From: a bacterium
GTDB lineage: Bacteria > Myxococcota_A > Bradymonadia > Bradymonadales > Bradymonadaceae
Length of the DNA: 64,000 nt
Direction: 5' to 3'
NCBI GenBank assembly: GCA_030427705.1
Contig: JAUIBR010000002.1
Location: 28,631 to 92,630, forward strand
How positions within the stretch are numbered: position 1 is the first letter of the stretch; every line of letters starts with the position of its first letter. A program made the position numbers and the translations under genes. A model generated the notes under the pieces. The model was not told the DNA's origin and did not search any database. It worked only from the letters and a program-made list of their open reading frames with translations. This document shows positions 1-8,901 of this stretch, piece by piece.

Positions 1-1026
1 AAGGTTCAGGTTCGCGGGGTCCGCTGAGTACGAACAATCCTTGAAGTTCACGGGGGCCGACATGTCCGGGTCTGAGCCGTCAGCAGGAAGTCCTTCGATG
101 AAGCAAAAGAGTGCCAACATGTCTGGGATATCGAGCGGCTGATTCGCCAATGGCATGCGAGAGCCAGGGACGCTCTCACCGTGCATTTCCCCGCGCATAC
201 GTCCCACGAGGTAGGAGCCCTCGGGATCGCCGGGCGCAATCATTGGGATAGGCGTACCTTCGTCCGAGCCGAACTCGCCGTTACGGTTCAAGTCGCCTTG
301 TTTGATGCCCAGATTTGGTAGTTCTTGAGCGGTATCCGTCTGGTAGTTGCGGACCTCTGCCACAAGGTGAGTCCCAGCGACGTTTTCGTCATCGATGATC
401 CACCAACGTGTCTCGTACCTTGCGAACACGATACGTTCCCCGTCAGGCAACGTGCGCCAGAACTGCCCGTTTGCCCAAAACTCACTACGCTCGGTATCGA
501 GTTTGTCGCGCAAGACGACGTGCACGCCTGGCGAGTCCACCGTTGGTGGGTTTCCTTCGCTGTATTCAGGGTACTCGCCTTGAACGAAATCGATCCAACC
601 AACGTCCGAACGACCGCCAAGGTCGCCGCGATTGAATTCAAACTGGTCGGGCTCTTGTTCGCAGCGGTCGTAAACCGATTCCCACTCGCCAGGAACCACG
701 TTGCATGGCGCATTGATCGTCGCCAGGAAGTTCGAAGGCGTGTGGAGGTCCGGATACTCTTTGGTGTTGTGGCAGACGCCATCAAACGGCGTACAGGTCC
801 GCCAGATCACCTTACGATGAACGTCGAGTCCAGTCCGGTAGCGCTCCTGCGCGTCGAGCACGTAAGAGTCCGTGCCTTGATACGGGGCAACCGTTTCGCT
901 CCGCGGAATCTCCGGTCGGTCAGGCTCAAAATCAATCGATGTACCGAGCCCACTCTCGGTGAAATCGGGACCACAAGACAAGAGAAGCGGAACCGCAACT
1001 AACGCAGTAAGTCGTGAAAACTTCAT
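1..1026 (-). CDS. secreted lipoprotein, hypothetical (N-terminal 342 aa in window; gene continues past window start)
   Basis: ATG at 1026..1024 gives MKFSRLTALVAVPLLLSCGPDF, a signal peptide with a lipobox. Hand translation of this frame from 1026 down to position 1 shows no stop, which is why the gene is absent from the complete-ORF track. Track ORFs 325..1002(+), 288..785(-) and 807..998(-) are its shadow frames. Confidence 0.6.
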   Translation of the reverse strand, partial: MKFSRLTALVAVPLLLSCGPDFTESGLGTSIDFEPDRPEIPRSETVAPYQGTDSYVLDAQERYRTGLDVHRKVIWRTCTPFDGVCHNTKEYPDLHTPSNFLATINAPCNVVPGEWESVYDRCEQEPDQFEFNRGDLGGRSDVGWIDFVQGEYPEYSEGNPPTVDSPGVHVVLRDKLDTERSEFWANGQFWRTLPDGERIVFARYETRWWIIDDENVAGTHLVAEVRNYQTDTAQELPNLGIKQGDLNRNGEFGSDEGTPIPMIAPGDPEGSYLVGRMRGEMHGESVPGSRMPLANQPLDIPDMLALFCFIEGLPADGSDPDMSAPVNFKDCSYSADPANLNL

Positions 1027-2426
1027 CGAGTTAGGTCTCCAAACGGTTCATCGGCTGGGAAGAATTCGCTGTGGTCGCCGCCCATATAGTCCATGACGGT
1101 CTTCATTAGACCGCGGTATGAGTAGACTTTACCGAGCGCGTTAAGATCTTCGGCGGACGTGCCACCGAAGGAGCGTCCGCCGTTGCCGGCTTGCTCGATG
1201 ATCCCGCCCATAACTGGCATCGACATCCAACGGGTGGCGTTGTCACCACCGTGGTCGCTGCCGCGGGCCGAGTTGAAGCGTCCACCGCGTGCGGTGCGTC
1301 CGAACTCGGAGCCGAACATGACCAGAGTGTGGTCCCAATACGTTCCGCCTGCTGGGTGCGTCATCGACTTCAGGGCCAGATTGAGACCAGAGATAATCTG
1401 ATTCAACTGCTCGATACGTCCGGGAAGGCCTTCTTCCTCGCCCGAGTGCATGTCGTAGCCGCCCTGGTTCATATAGATGGCGGGGCAACCAAAGTGGAAC
1501 AGGCGCAGGCCCAACATGAGGTTTCGCGCGGTACCCGAGTCGCCCAGCATCATGCGCAGCTGGTTGTTGCTGAGGCCGTCAAACGGCTCATCGCTCTGCT
1601 GCCGCACATCGAGGACCGGGTCATTAAAGATTTCCGCATATCGCTTTGTTGCCTCGCGAGACTGCAAGTATGCGTCAATTGGGGGGCGTGCGATGCGGTG
1701 CGTCTTGTTGAAATAGCGCGTGTCCATGCCGTCGGACATGTTTCGTGCCCATTCCGGCAGCGAACCTGCGGCGTCAAATCCAAAGCCCGAGAATCCGTCC
1801 TGCAACACAGGAGGTCGGTACCCTGCAAATTTACCGGTGCCGTTGGCCATACCCGAGCCGCCGAGAACAAATGCAGGCAAGACGACACCGTCTTCGGTTG
1901 CAGGTTCGCGGTCGCGTAGCGCGTAGTTGATCATCGTGAAGATGCCGGTTCCGTTTCCAGCGTAGCCGGAGACGAAGCGCTGCAAACCGGAGTTGTGGTT
2001 GCCGTCGGCACTACCGGATGTCGGTTCGTGGTCAACGCAAGGGATGACCGCGATCTGGTCAGCGATCTCCGTGACGCTTCCCATGCCCATTTCACGCAGC
2101 GCGGCGCCATTATCCCCTTCCAGGAATGGCGCACGTTCGAGCAATGAGGATGGGCCCCATTCGGCGCCTTCTGCCTTCGATGAGGCTTTTCCGAATGGGT
2201 TAAATCGCGAGGCGACCTCACCATTGAAAGCTGCGGTGAATCGGAATCCACCCGAGAGGCGAATATAGATGAAGTGTTTCACCGACCCGCGTGCTTCGGT
2301 CTGCTGTGCGTGGGCTTCGCTAGGAATCCACACGTGCGGGACCGCCGCCGATGCGGTGGCGAGTCCGACACCCTTCAAAAAGGAGCGTCGGTTGAAACCA
2401 GATTTTTTCTTCGAATCGTCGTTCAT
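1023..2426 (-). CDS. DUF1501 family protein (sulfatase-like fold), Tat-secreted
   Basis: Start chosen at the internal ATG (MNDDSKKKSGFNRRSFLKGVGLATASAA), which gives a twin-arginine signal. The rest matches the DUF1501 pattern (GGYDMHS..., SEFGRTARGG..., GSDHGGDNATRWMSMPV). The ATGA overlap at 1023..1026 couples it to the downstream lipoprotein gene. Confidence 0.8.
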   Translation of the reverse strand: MNDDSKKKSGFNRRSFLKGVGLATASAAVPHVWIPSEAHAQQTEARGSVKHFIYIRLSGGFRFTAAFNGEVASRFNPFGKASSKAEGAEWGPSSLLERAPFLEGDNGAALREMGMGSVTEIADQIAVIPCVDHEPTSGSADGNHNSGLQRFVSGYAGNGTGIFTMINYALRDREPATEDGVVLPAFVLGGSGMANGTGKFAGYRPPVLQDGFSGFGFDAAGSLPEWARNMSDGMDTRYFNKTHRIARPPIDAYLQSREATKRYAEIFNDPVLDVRQQSDEPFDGLSNNQLRMMLGDSGTARNLMLGLRLFHFGCPAIYMNQGGYDMHSGEEEGLPGRIEQLNQIISGLNLALKSMTHPAGGTYWDHTLVMFGSEFGRTARGGRFNSARGSDHGGDNATRWMSMPVMGGIIEQAGNGGRSFGGTSAEDLNALGKVYSYRGLMKTVMDYMGGDHSEFFPADEPFGDLTR

Positions 2427-2436
2427 TTGTTGACCC

Positions 2437-4248
2437 TCAGTAGAAGAGCATTTCTGCGGTGGAAAGAACTGCAAAGCAGGTTGGACGTGCGAACGCGGCC
2501 GCTGTGCATCCACTGCATTGCTCGCCGTATTCGCGAACTTCCGCCCGCTCTTCTTCGGTCGTTAGTCGGCCAAGGAATTGGCCGACCTGATAGTTGTAAA
2601 TCTCTTCCGCTAGGTCGGGCGTGAGGTTGTCCGCTCCGGAAACGTCGCGTGGCAGCAGTGACCGAATGCTCGCGCCGTTGCCGTCGAAGCTGGGGTCGCA
2701 AACCTGGTTTACGAAGTTGAGCTGCTGCGCGGTGGTCAGAATCGAGATGATCTTGAAACGACCACCATTAGTGTTGTCTGGGCATCCACCAAGCGGACGA
2801 ACCGTGTTGCGATACGAGTAGTCGACGCGGACATTGCCTTCGTCATCCACATCGCGAATCTGCCAATTCGAGCGCTCTACCAAAGCGACGCCAGCCAAAG
2901 AGCCCGCCTCCAGGAATTCATCTGGGCGGGTCAGTCTGTGGTCACAGGTCGAGATTTCGTAGCCGGTCATCTCGCGGATGGAATCAACCCACGTCTCGGG
3001 ATCGACCTGTCGGTGCGGACCAAACGTCCAGCGGTAGTCGGTTGGCGTGTTGCCAAGCGTCGACTGCAGGTACGGAATGGATGTCATGACTGCGAAGTGC
3101 AGTGCGCGCATGTCGCCGTTGAACTCCAAGAAGTAGCGGACGAGCTCGTCTCGGACAGCCGGCACCTGGTGACCAAGGTCGTAACCAAGATACTGTTGGA
3201 GCACGTCGTCGACGGCTTTCTCCCAGAACAGGGGCTGTGTCGCCAGGAGTTGCCCAGGTGCTTGCAGCTTCTCCCATTCTTCGGCTTTGAGGATGCCGCT
3301 CCACATCGTGAGGTTGCCGTTCTCGTCGACGCGGGAGCGGATGTCCGGCGTGAAGATCAACTCGTGGTAGCCCCACAAGACGCTTGTGCAGCTGGCTCGA
3401 AGCTCATCTGAGACCTCACCATCTTCACCCACGCACGGATACTGAATGTGCGCGTCAGGAAGGCGCATGCCGAGGTCTGGGTGGTCGTAATAGCCATTGA
3501 ACCAGGTTCCGTAGAGGCGCGACATATCCGCAAGCTCCGTGCCCAGCGGCGGACGCCCCATAAAGGTCGCGAAGAGTGCATCGGTGCGGTCTTCGGGAGT
3601 GTCGTGTCGTCGAGTCAGGACAGGGTGTGCGCTGACCACCGCGGCGAACTCATCGTATGCGATAGTTCCGCGGTAGAGCTTCGCGACGAGGTTGTCCATG
3701 TCATAGATGCGCTCGACGCTCACAGCTTGTGTGTCGTAGAGCAGCCGGTCCGACCAGTGCCGCTTGTTCAACCGGACGAAGTCGTCACGATTGATGAGCG
3801 AAATGGCCACCTCACCCCATGTCTTGCCGTCGCAGGTTGCAACGACTTCGTCACGTGTTGGGAAGCGTCCGATCGCGTCAACAAACATACGTCGGCAGGC
3901 TTCAGCGCGCACAATCGGTTGGTGCTCCAACCCGACGCCCCACAAGCTCTTGCACACGCCTCGGTTGACCGGGTTGGTCAATTGGAGCGCGTCACAATAT
4001 GCCTCGCAGCTTGTTCCGCAGTTCGGCGGAGCAGTGTCATCTGGAATATCACTCACCGGTCGGGCAACCGGAAGCTCGTCGTTACCGCCGAAGAAATCTC
4101 CATTCGAGACCTTCGTCTGTCCGCCTACAAGATCTGCTGGTCCACGTGCTGGATCGTCAAAGCTGAAGCGGTCGTCCTCACAAGCGCTTGCAGCTAATAG
4201 AATCACGAGACCAAACATCGCCGCGGCCCTCACGCGAAATCGATGCAC
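2437..4248 (-). CDS. DUF1549/DUF1553-type protein (partner of DUF1501), lipoprotein
   Basis: Signal peptide with lipobox (MFGLVILLAASAC). A DUF1549-like block (ACRRMFVDAIGRFPTRDEVVA...RHWSDRLLYD) is followed by a DUF1553-like block (GTIAYDEFAAVVSAHPVL). It lies immediately upstream of the DUF1501 gene, with an 11-nt gap. Confidence 0.6.
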   Translation of the reverse strand: MHRFRVRAAAMFGLVILLAASACEDDRFSFDDPARGPADLVGGQTKVSNGDFFGGNDELPVARPVSDIPDDTAPPNCGTSCEAYCDALQLTNPVNRGVCKSLWGVGLEHQPIVRAEACRRMFVDAIGRFPTRDEVVATCDGKTWGEVAISLINRDDFVRLNKRHWSDRLLYDTQAVSVERIYDMDNLVAKLYRGTIAYDEFAAVVSAHPVLTRRHDTPEDRTDALFATFMGRPPLGTELADMSRLYGTWFNGYYDHPDLGMRLPDAHIQYPCVGEDGEVSDELRASCTSVLWGYHELIFTPDIRSRVDENGNLTMWSGILKAEEWEKLQAPGQLLATQPLFWEKAVDDVLQQYLGYDLGHQVPAVRDELVRYFLEFNGDMRALHFAVMTSIPYLQSTLGNTPTDYRWTFGPHRQVDPETWVDSIREMTGYEISTCDHRLTRPDEFLEAGSLAGVALVERSNWQIRDVDDEGNVRVDYSYRNTVRPLGGCPDNTNGGRFKIISILTTAQQLNFVNQVCDPSFDGNGASIRSLLPRDVSGADNLTPDLAEEIYNYQVGQFLGRLTTEEERAEVREYGEQCSGCTAAAFARPTCFAVLSTAEMLFY

Positions 4249-4430
4249 GTCTACTCCTACTTTTCTTCCTAGTTTCTAAGGGAATTGTACGGCTTTCCAC
4301 CGCCAACTGCAACGATTCCAAACACCTACACCACCGCACATTGGGCGGATTTCGGCGATTGACCCATCTCAAATTGACAGCATTGGGGGTCGTAACCGAT
4401 TCTTGGGTTACTCAATCCACTGGAGACGCC

Positions 4431-5150
4431 ATGAATTTCCGTCGCTTCACTGCCTCCGCAGTGATCACGTTCGCGCTGATTGTTGTTGGCTCGGCGGCCG
4501 CGTGGGCCCAAGCGAACACCGTCGTGGGCATCGGTCCAGGCATGTACTTCGAAGATGGCACGATGGATGGTGAGGAGCAGGCGAGTGTCCAAATCACCGA
4601 TGAGACGTTCAATTATATCAGTGATGGAACGCTCAACTTCTCGGTTTGGTGGCTAGCAGCCGTCACCGAGAACCTCCGGATGGGAGCCACGATCATGTAT
4701 TACGGCTCATACACGGCATCCATCCAAGAAGAAGACAACAACGATGACGAGGAAGAAGAACTCTATGAGTTTGGCTCGCTCTGGGAGTTCTACGGACGTA
4801 TCGAATATCTGGTCCCGACCTACGAAGGTCTCGACGTTATGTTCGGTGCGGTTGCGGGAATTCCAGTGCTCTTCCCCGACGGTGAGTTTCAGGAAGAGAT
4901 CGACCGCCTGCGCGACCAGCAGGCGTCCGTTTGGGACCTGCCTCGAATTGGCTACATGGTCGGCCCAATCGTCTCGATGCGTTATGGCTACTCAGATTAT
5001 CTTTTCTTCCGCCTCGACCTCGCCCTGAAGTGGGAACAGCTGCTGCTGTTCAACACATCAGAAGAAGTTCAAGGGGTCGCGTTTGGAAAAGACTGGACCA
5101 TCTCGACGCTTCGCAGCGAATTCACGCTCGGCATCGAGGTCGGCCTCTAA
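4431..5150 (+). CDS. secreted hypothetical protein with acidic stretch
   Basis: An internal ATG at 4431 gives MNFRRFTASAVITFALIVVGSAAAWAQ, a cleavable signal peptide. The protein has an alternating beta-like pattern and an acidic run (EEDNNDDEEEELYEF). Confidence 0.55.
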   Translation: MNFRRFTASAVITFALIVVGSAAAWAQANTVVGIGPGMYFEDGTMDGEEQASVQITDETFNYISDGTLNFSVWWLAAVTENLRMGATIMYYGSYTASIQEEDNNDDEEEELYEFGSLWEFYGRIEYLVPTYEGLDVMFGAVAGIPVLFPDGEFQEEIDRLRDQQASVWDLPRIGYMVGPIVSMRYGYSDYLFFRLDLALKWEQLLLFNTSEEVQGVAFGKDWTISTLRSEFTLGIEVGL

Positions 5151-5839
5151 GGCAGGTCGAAGACCAGGACTTCCGCGTCCGTGGTCGCGCTCAGCGTGAT
5201 CGTATCCACATCAACCAGGGCAACACCATCACCTTCGACGAGTTCTTGACCGTCGAATGTCAGGCTCCCGCGAACGACTTGAATCCAGGTGTTGCGCCTA
5301 TCCGGGACCGCGTACGTCACCTCCTGGCCCGCATCGGGCTTGGCTGCCAGAATCCGCGCATCCTGATGGACTTTTACAGCGCCATCCTGACCATCGGGCG
5401 CAACAACGACGCTAAAGTCGCCGTCGAGTTCAAAGTGTTTTTGCTCATACGACGGCTCTAGCCCTGCCTCTGACGGTGGAATCCAAATCTGAAGAAATCG
5501 AACCGGTTCGGATTTGGAATGGTTGAACTCACTGTGCCTAACGCCGGTTCCCGCGCTCATGCGCTGCACATCACCTGGTCGAATGATGGAGCCGTTCCCC
5601 ATGCTGTCTTTGTGCTCCAAGGCTCCATCAACGACATACGAGATGATCTCCATATCGCGGTGCGGGTGCGTTCCGAATCCCATTCCGGGTGCGACACGGT
5701 CGTCGTTGATCACCCTCAGAACGCTGAACCCCATATTGCTTGGGTCGTAGTAGCCGCCAAACGAAAAGCTGTGTTTGCTGTCCAGCCATCCGATCTTGGT
5801 TTGCCCTCGGTTGTCTGCCTTTTTGACTGCATAGCTCAT
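5147..5839 (-). CDS. pirin family protein (cupin)
   Basis: MSYAVKKADNRGQTKIGWLDSKHSFSFGGYYDP...GFGTHPHRDMEIISYVVDGALEHKDSMGN is the canonical Pirin N-terminal cupin, with the HxH...E metal site. Start taken at the internal ATG (5839) just after an RBS-like run. Confidence 0.85.
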   Translation of the reverse strand: MSYAVKKADNRGQTKIGWLDSKHSFSFGGYYDPSNMGFSVLRVINDDRVAPGMGFGTHPHRDMEIISYVVDGALEHKDSMGNGSIIRPGDVQRMSAGTGVRHSEFNHSKSEPVRFLQIWIPPSEAGLEPSYEQKHFELDGDFSVVVAPDGQDGAVKVHQDARILAAKPDAGQEVTYAVPDRRNTWIQVVRGSLTFDGQELVEGDGVALVDVDTITLSATTDAEVLVFDLP

Positions 5840-5965
5840 GGTTTCTCCTGTTTGAAAAACGTGTTCTCTCTCGAGTCGCAACCAATCTAACCCGTTGACA
5901 GTCATCGACTAGGGTGCCAAAAAGTCAAAGTTTGTCTCTCACTGTGAACAATCCTGAGTCAGATA

Positions 5966-6856
5966 ATGCATCGATTGGCAGAATTGGAAGTATTCGTAGC
6001 TGTGGTCGAGTCTGAGAGTTTTACTGCAGCGGCAAAGGACCTCGGCGTGTCCAAGTCGTTTGTGTCGAAAGAGATTCGAGCGCTTGAAGACCGATTGGGG
6101 GTGAGACTCATCAATCGAACGACACGAAAACTCGCGCTCACGGATGCTGGCGCAGGGTTCTTCGCGCGTGCGCGACAGATTATGGAAGACGTTGAAGCTG
6201 CCGAACGCTCCGTCGTTCAACTGAACACCGAACCACGAGGTCTACTGCGCATTTCCGTCCCGATGACCTTTGGGATTGAATACGTCTCGCCTGCCCTCAC
6301 CAAATTCATGCAGAGCCATCCAGACCTCGAAATCGACATCGCGTTCGCAGACCGCAAAGTTGATATCATCGACGAAGGTTTCGACCTTGTGTTGCGCATC
6401 GGAAAGCTCGCGGACTCCAGTTTTGTGGTGCGTAAGATCGCCCCGGTCCGTTTGATGTTGCTCGCCAGCCCAAGCTATCTAGAACAGGCCGGCACACCAC
6501 AACGGCCACAGGATTTGGCTGATCACGAGTGCATGCAATACACATATCAGGACACCAACACATGGCGCCTGGACAATGGCGACAGCGAAGTCGCCATTCA
6601 GGTTCACGGCCGAATGCGCGCAAACAACGGAAATGCACTGCGTGACGCAGCTGTCTCTGGTCTGGGGATCGTCATCGTGCCCGACTTCATGGCGTGCAAT
6701 CAGCTCGCCGATGGCTCCCTCGTCGAGGTCCTCCCAGGTTGGTCGGTGGGTGACCGCGCGGTTTGGGCGATGTACCCGCATAGCCGCCACCTGTCTGCGA
6801 AGGTTCGCCTCTGCGTGGATTTCCTGGCCGAGTACTTCAATCCCGTCCCATGGTAG
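5966..6856 (+). CDS. LysR family transcriptional regulator
   Basis: The N-terminal HTH (MHRLAELEVFVAVVESESFTAAAKDLGVSKSFVSKEIRALEDRLGVRLINRTTRKLALTDAG) is followed by a LysR substrate-binding fold. The gene is divergent from pirin. The 126-bp intergenic region holds a 9-bp palindrome, TCACTGTGA, at 5939..5947. Confidence 0.9.
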   Translation: MHRLAELEVFVAVVESESFTAAAKDLGVSKSFVSKEIRALEDRLGVRLINRTTRKLALTDAGAGFFARARQIMEDVEAAERSVVQLNTEPRGLLRISVPMTFGIEYVSPALTKFMQSHPDLEIDIAFADRKVDIIDEGFDLVLRIGKLADSSFVVRKIAPVRLMLLASPSYLEQAGTPQRPQDLADHECMQYTYQDTNTWRLDNGDSEVAIQVHGRMRANNGNALRDAAVSGLGIVIVPDFMACNQLADGSLVEVLPGWSVGDRAVWAMYPHSRHLSAKVRLCVDFLAEYFNPVPW

Positions 6857-7755
6857 ATGTCATCCTTGTTGGCGGCGGACTAGCCGGCGTCACCGTGCAC
6901 CGAGAGTTGGCTACCTTGGGCATCGCGTCCATCTGGTACTCACTGCCTTCCGACAATGTCCCCATCGCAATTGCGCATCCCTTCGCCGGCCGGTCGCTGG
7001 ATGTATCTGCCGACCGACTCGCCGCATATGAACTGACGCTGAATTGGTGGCGAGCGGTAGACCCGGATGACCGATTTCATCGAATCACGCCGGTGCGACG
7101 CGTCGCTCCACAGGGCAGTCGTTTGCACCGCAGTTTCACGCGCACCGGAGACTTTCCAGATTGGCTCAACGTCCGATGGCAAAACGACGAGCTCGTCTAC
7201 GAGGGCGGGCTTACGTGCAAGATGGACGCGTTCATCCAGCAATATCGCACCCAACACGGATGTTTGGAGAAGTCGGTCTCGCAGATTGAGCCGGGCGAGC
7301 CAGCCACGGCAACCGTCGAAGGCTCTCACGTCACCGGCCAGTTCATCTTAACCACAGGCCCTCAGATGGCCGAGTATATCGAGTCGCCCGACCTATCTCC
7401 GGGGGAGCTAGCGGTTGTCGAAGCATCGAGCGACGAGATTCGAATTGGGAGCGGATTCCACGCCTCCGCATCTATGGAAGGACAGATTGGAATCGGCAGC
7501 ACACATGAGCGCGAAGGCGACTCCACCGCCGCCTTGCGAGACGCGCTTCTGGACAAGGCTCAGACGCTTGTTTCCTGGACCGGAGAGCCCAAATGGTATC
7601 GGGGCGTACGACTCAACGCGCTGCCATTGCGAACGCCCCAAATCGTGACCCCCGGACCGAGTGTCTTGGGAATCGCTGCCCTAGGCGGGAAAGGGCTGGT
7701 TTGGGCACCGACACTAGCGAAGCAGCTTGTGCGTGATCACCTTGAAATCCGCTAA
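6850..7755 (+). CDS. FAD-binding oxidoreductase-like protein (possible MnmC oxidase-domain homolog)
   Basis: N-terminal dinucleotide-binding motif MVDVILVGGGLAGVTV. It overlaps the LysR stop by 7 nt. It is convergent with, and overlaps by 42 nt, the DUF752 methyltransferase gene. Confidence 0.45.
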   Translation: MVDVILVGGGLAGVTVHRELATLGIASIWYSLPSDNVPIAIAHPFAGRSLDVSADRLAAYELTLNWWRAVDPDDRFHRITPVRRVAPQGSRLHRSFTRTGDFPDWLNVRWQNDELVYEGGLTCKMDAFIQQYRTQHGCLEKSVSQIEPGEPATATVEGSHVTGQFILTTGPQMAEYIESPDLSPGELAVVEASSDEIRIGSGFHASASMEGQIGIGSTHEREGDSTAALRDALLDKAQTLVSWTGEPKWYRGVRLNALPLRTPQIVTPGPSVLGIAALGGKGLVWAPTLAKQLVRDHLEIR

Positions 7756-8418
7756 CTGCGCGACATCGTTGGAAGCGAACGTGATCTCGCGCTTTCGTCC
7801 GATTCCGGGACCGACCGCCACCTCCAACCCGGTCTCAGCCATCGCTCGCCGAACACGAGTTGCTGCACCGTAGGTCGCCAGCACCGCTCCAGGAGCCATG
7901 TTCTTTAGCTCCCATTTAAAGCAATCTACCGACCAGCACTCGGGATTCACATCCACCGAAAACGGGTCGTGGTACACGGCGTTTACACCCAGCGACTCGA
8001 AACCCGATTCCGAAAAATCCGCTCGCACAACGACCAATCGCAGGTTGTCATCAGAGTACTCGAATCGTTCGTGCTCCTGCAGCGCGCCCAATGCCTCTCG
8101 AACGATGTCAAACGCCTTACCCTCGCCACCCACCAACTCTGGGTCGATGGGGTCATGCTCCACCGCAAAGTAGCTCAATGACCGCCCTGCGAGGTTCTGG
8201 AGGGTGGATGCGAAGTTGGTGCCCAACCCGAATCCCAGCTCAAGCACACGGCGGTCGGTGCCTCGGTCCGTCCCATCGACAAAGATGTGCAACGATTCTT
8301 CATGCGCGCCGCTCGTGGACCGGTAGGTCACGCCGTCATCGCGCACAAGCGAGACGGAACCGTCGTCAGTCTCGAATTGACGCACCGCCACGCCTGACTT
8401 GGTGGTCCCCTGCTTCAT
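7714..8418 (-). CDS. MnmC-like SAM-dependent methyltransferase domain protein (DUF752 / MnmC2-type)
   Basis: The internal ATG start gives MKQGTTKSGVAVRQFETDDGSVSL...RRVLELGFGLGTNF (a SAM-binding G-x-G-x-G-like motif) and ...DPFS.... This matches the 5-methylaminomethyl-2-thiouridine methyltransferase domain. The longer track ORF (start 8523) would overlap the upstream gene. Confidence 0.65.
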   Translation of the reverse strand: MKQGTTKSGVAVRQFETDDGSVSLVRDDGVTYRSTSGAHEESLHIFVDGTDRGTDRRVLELGFGLGTNFASTLQNLAGRSLSYFAVEHDPIDPELVGGEGKAFDIVREALGALQEHERFEYSDDNLRLVVVRADFSESGFESLGVNAVYHDPFSVDVNPECWSVDCFKWELKNMAPGAVLATYGAATRVRRAMAETGLEVAVGPGIGRKREITFASNDVAQLADFKVITHKLLR

Positions 8419-8434
8419 GTGATTGGGATGAAAA

Positions 8435-8803
8435 TTAGAATTCGGCGAATTCGTCGTCTTCTTCGACGTCGTCGCTCTCCCATTCATCATCGTCGTCGTC
8501 GATCTCTTCGTCCTCATCGGCATCGATATCGTCGAAGGTCAATTCGATATCGAGATTGGCGAGATTCTCAGACATGAGTTCAACGAGCTCGACGGGGTCG
8601 CCACCGTCCCACATCTCGAAGATTTCCATCATGAACTCGTCGGCGGATCCGCCTGCGCGAGCCTCGATGGTTTCGATGTCATTGTCCTCAAGGCAGCCAA
8701 TCGCTTCTTCGCAGAACGCTTCGCCTTGATCGTCAGCTTCTAAGCCTGCCAACGTGCTGTCACGGATAAGCAGGACATCGTATTTCGAAAGATGAATGTG
8801 CAT
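8435..8803 (-). CDS. small highly acidic hypothetical protein
   Basis: 122 aa. The C-terminal third is almost pure Asp/Glu (DIDADEDEEIDDDDDEWESDDVEEDDEFAEF). No signal peptide. Confidence 0.45.
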   Translation of the reverse strand: MHIHLSKYDVLLIRDSTLAGLEADDQGEAFCEEAIGCLEDNDIETIEARAGGSADEFMMEIFEMWDGGDPVELVELMSENLANLDIELTFDDIDADEDEEIDDDDDEWESDDVEEDDEFAEF

Positions 8804-8901
8804 CGCGTCTACTTCCTATGCGCGGTAACAACCCGACTGTTAGAAGCGCTACACGAAAATCGTGCGTTTGAAAATTCGTTTTTGAACCGCCTGAAAATAA
8901 A

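Noticed and set aside
288-1002. Track ORFs 325..1002(+), 288..785(-) and 807..998(-).
   Set aside because: They are alternative frames over the edge-truncated lipoprotein gene (1..1026, minus). The lipoprotein frame has a signal peptide and a natural composition, while these are Arg/Ser-rich.
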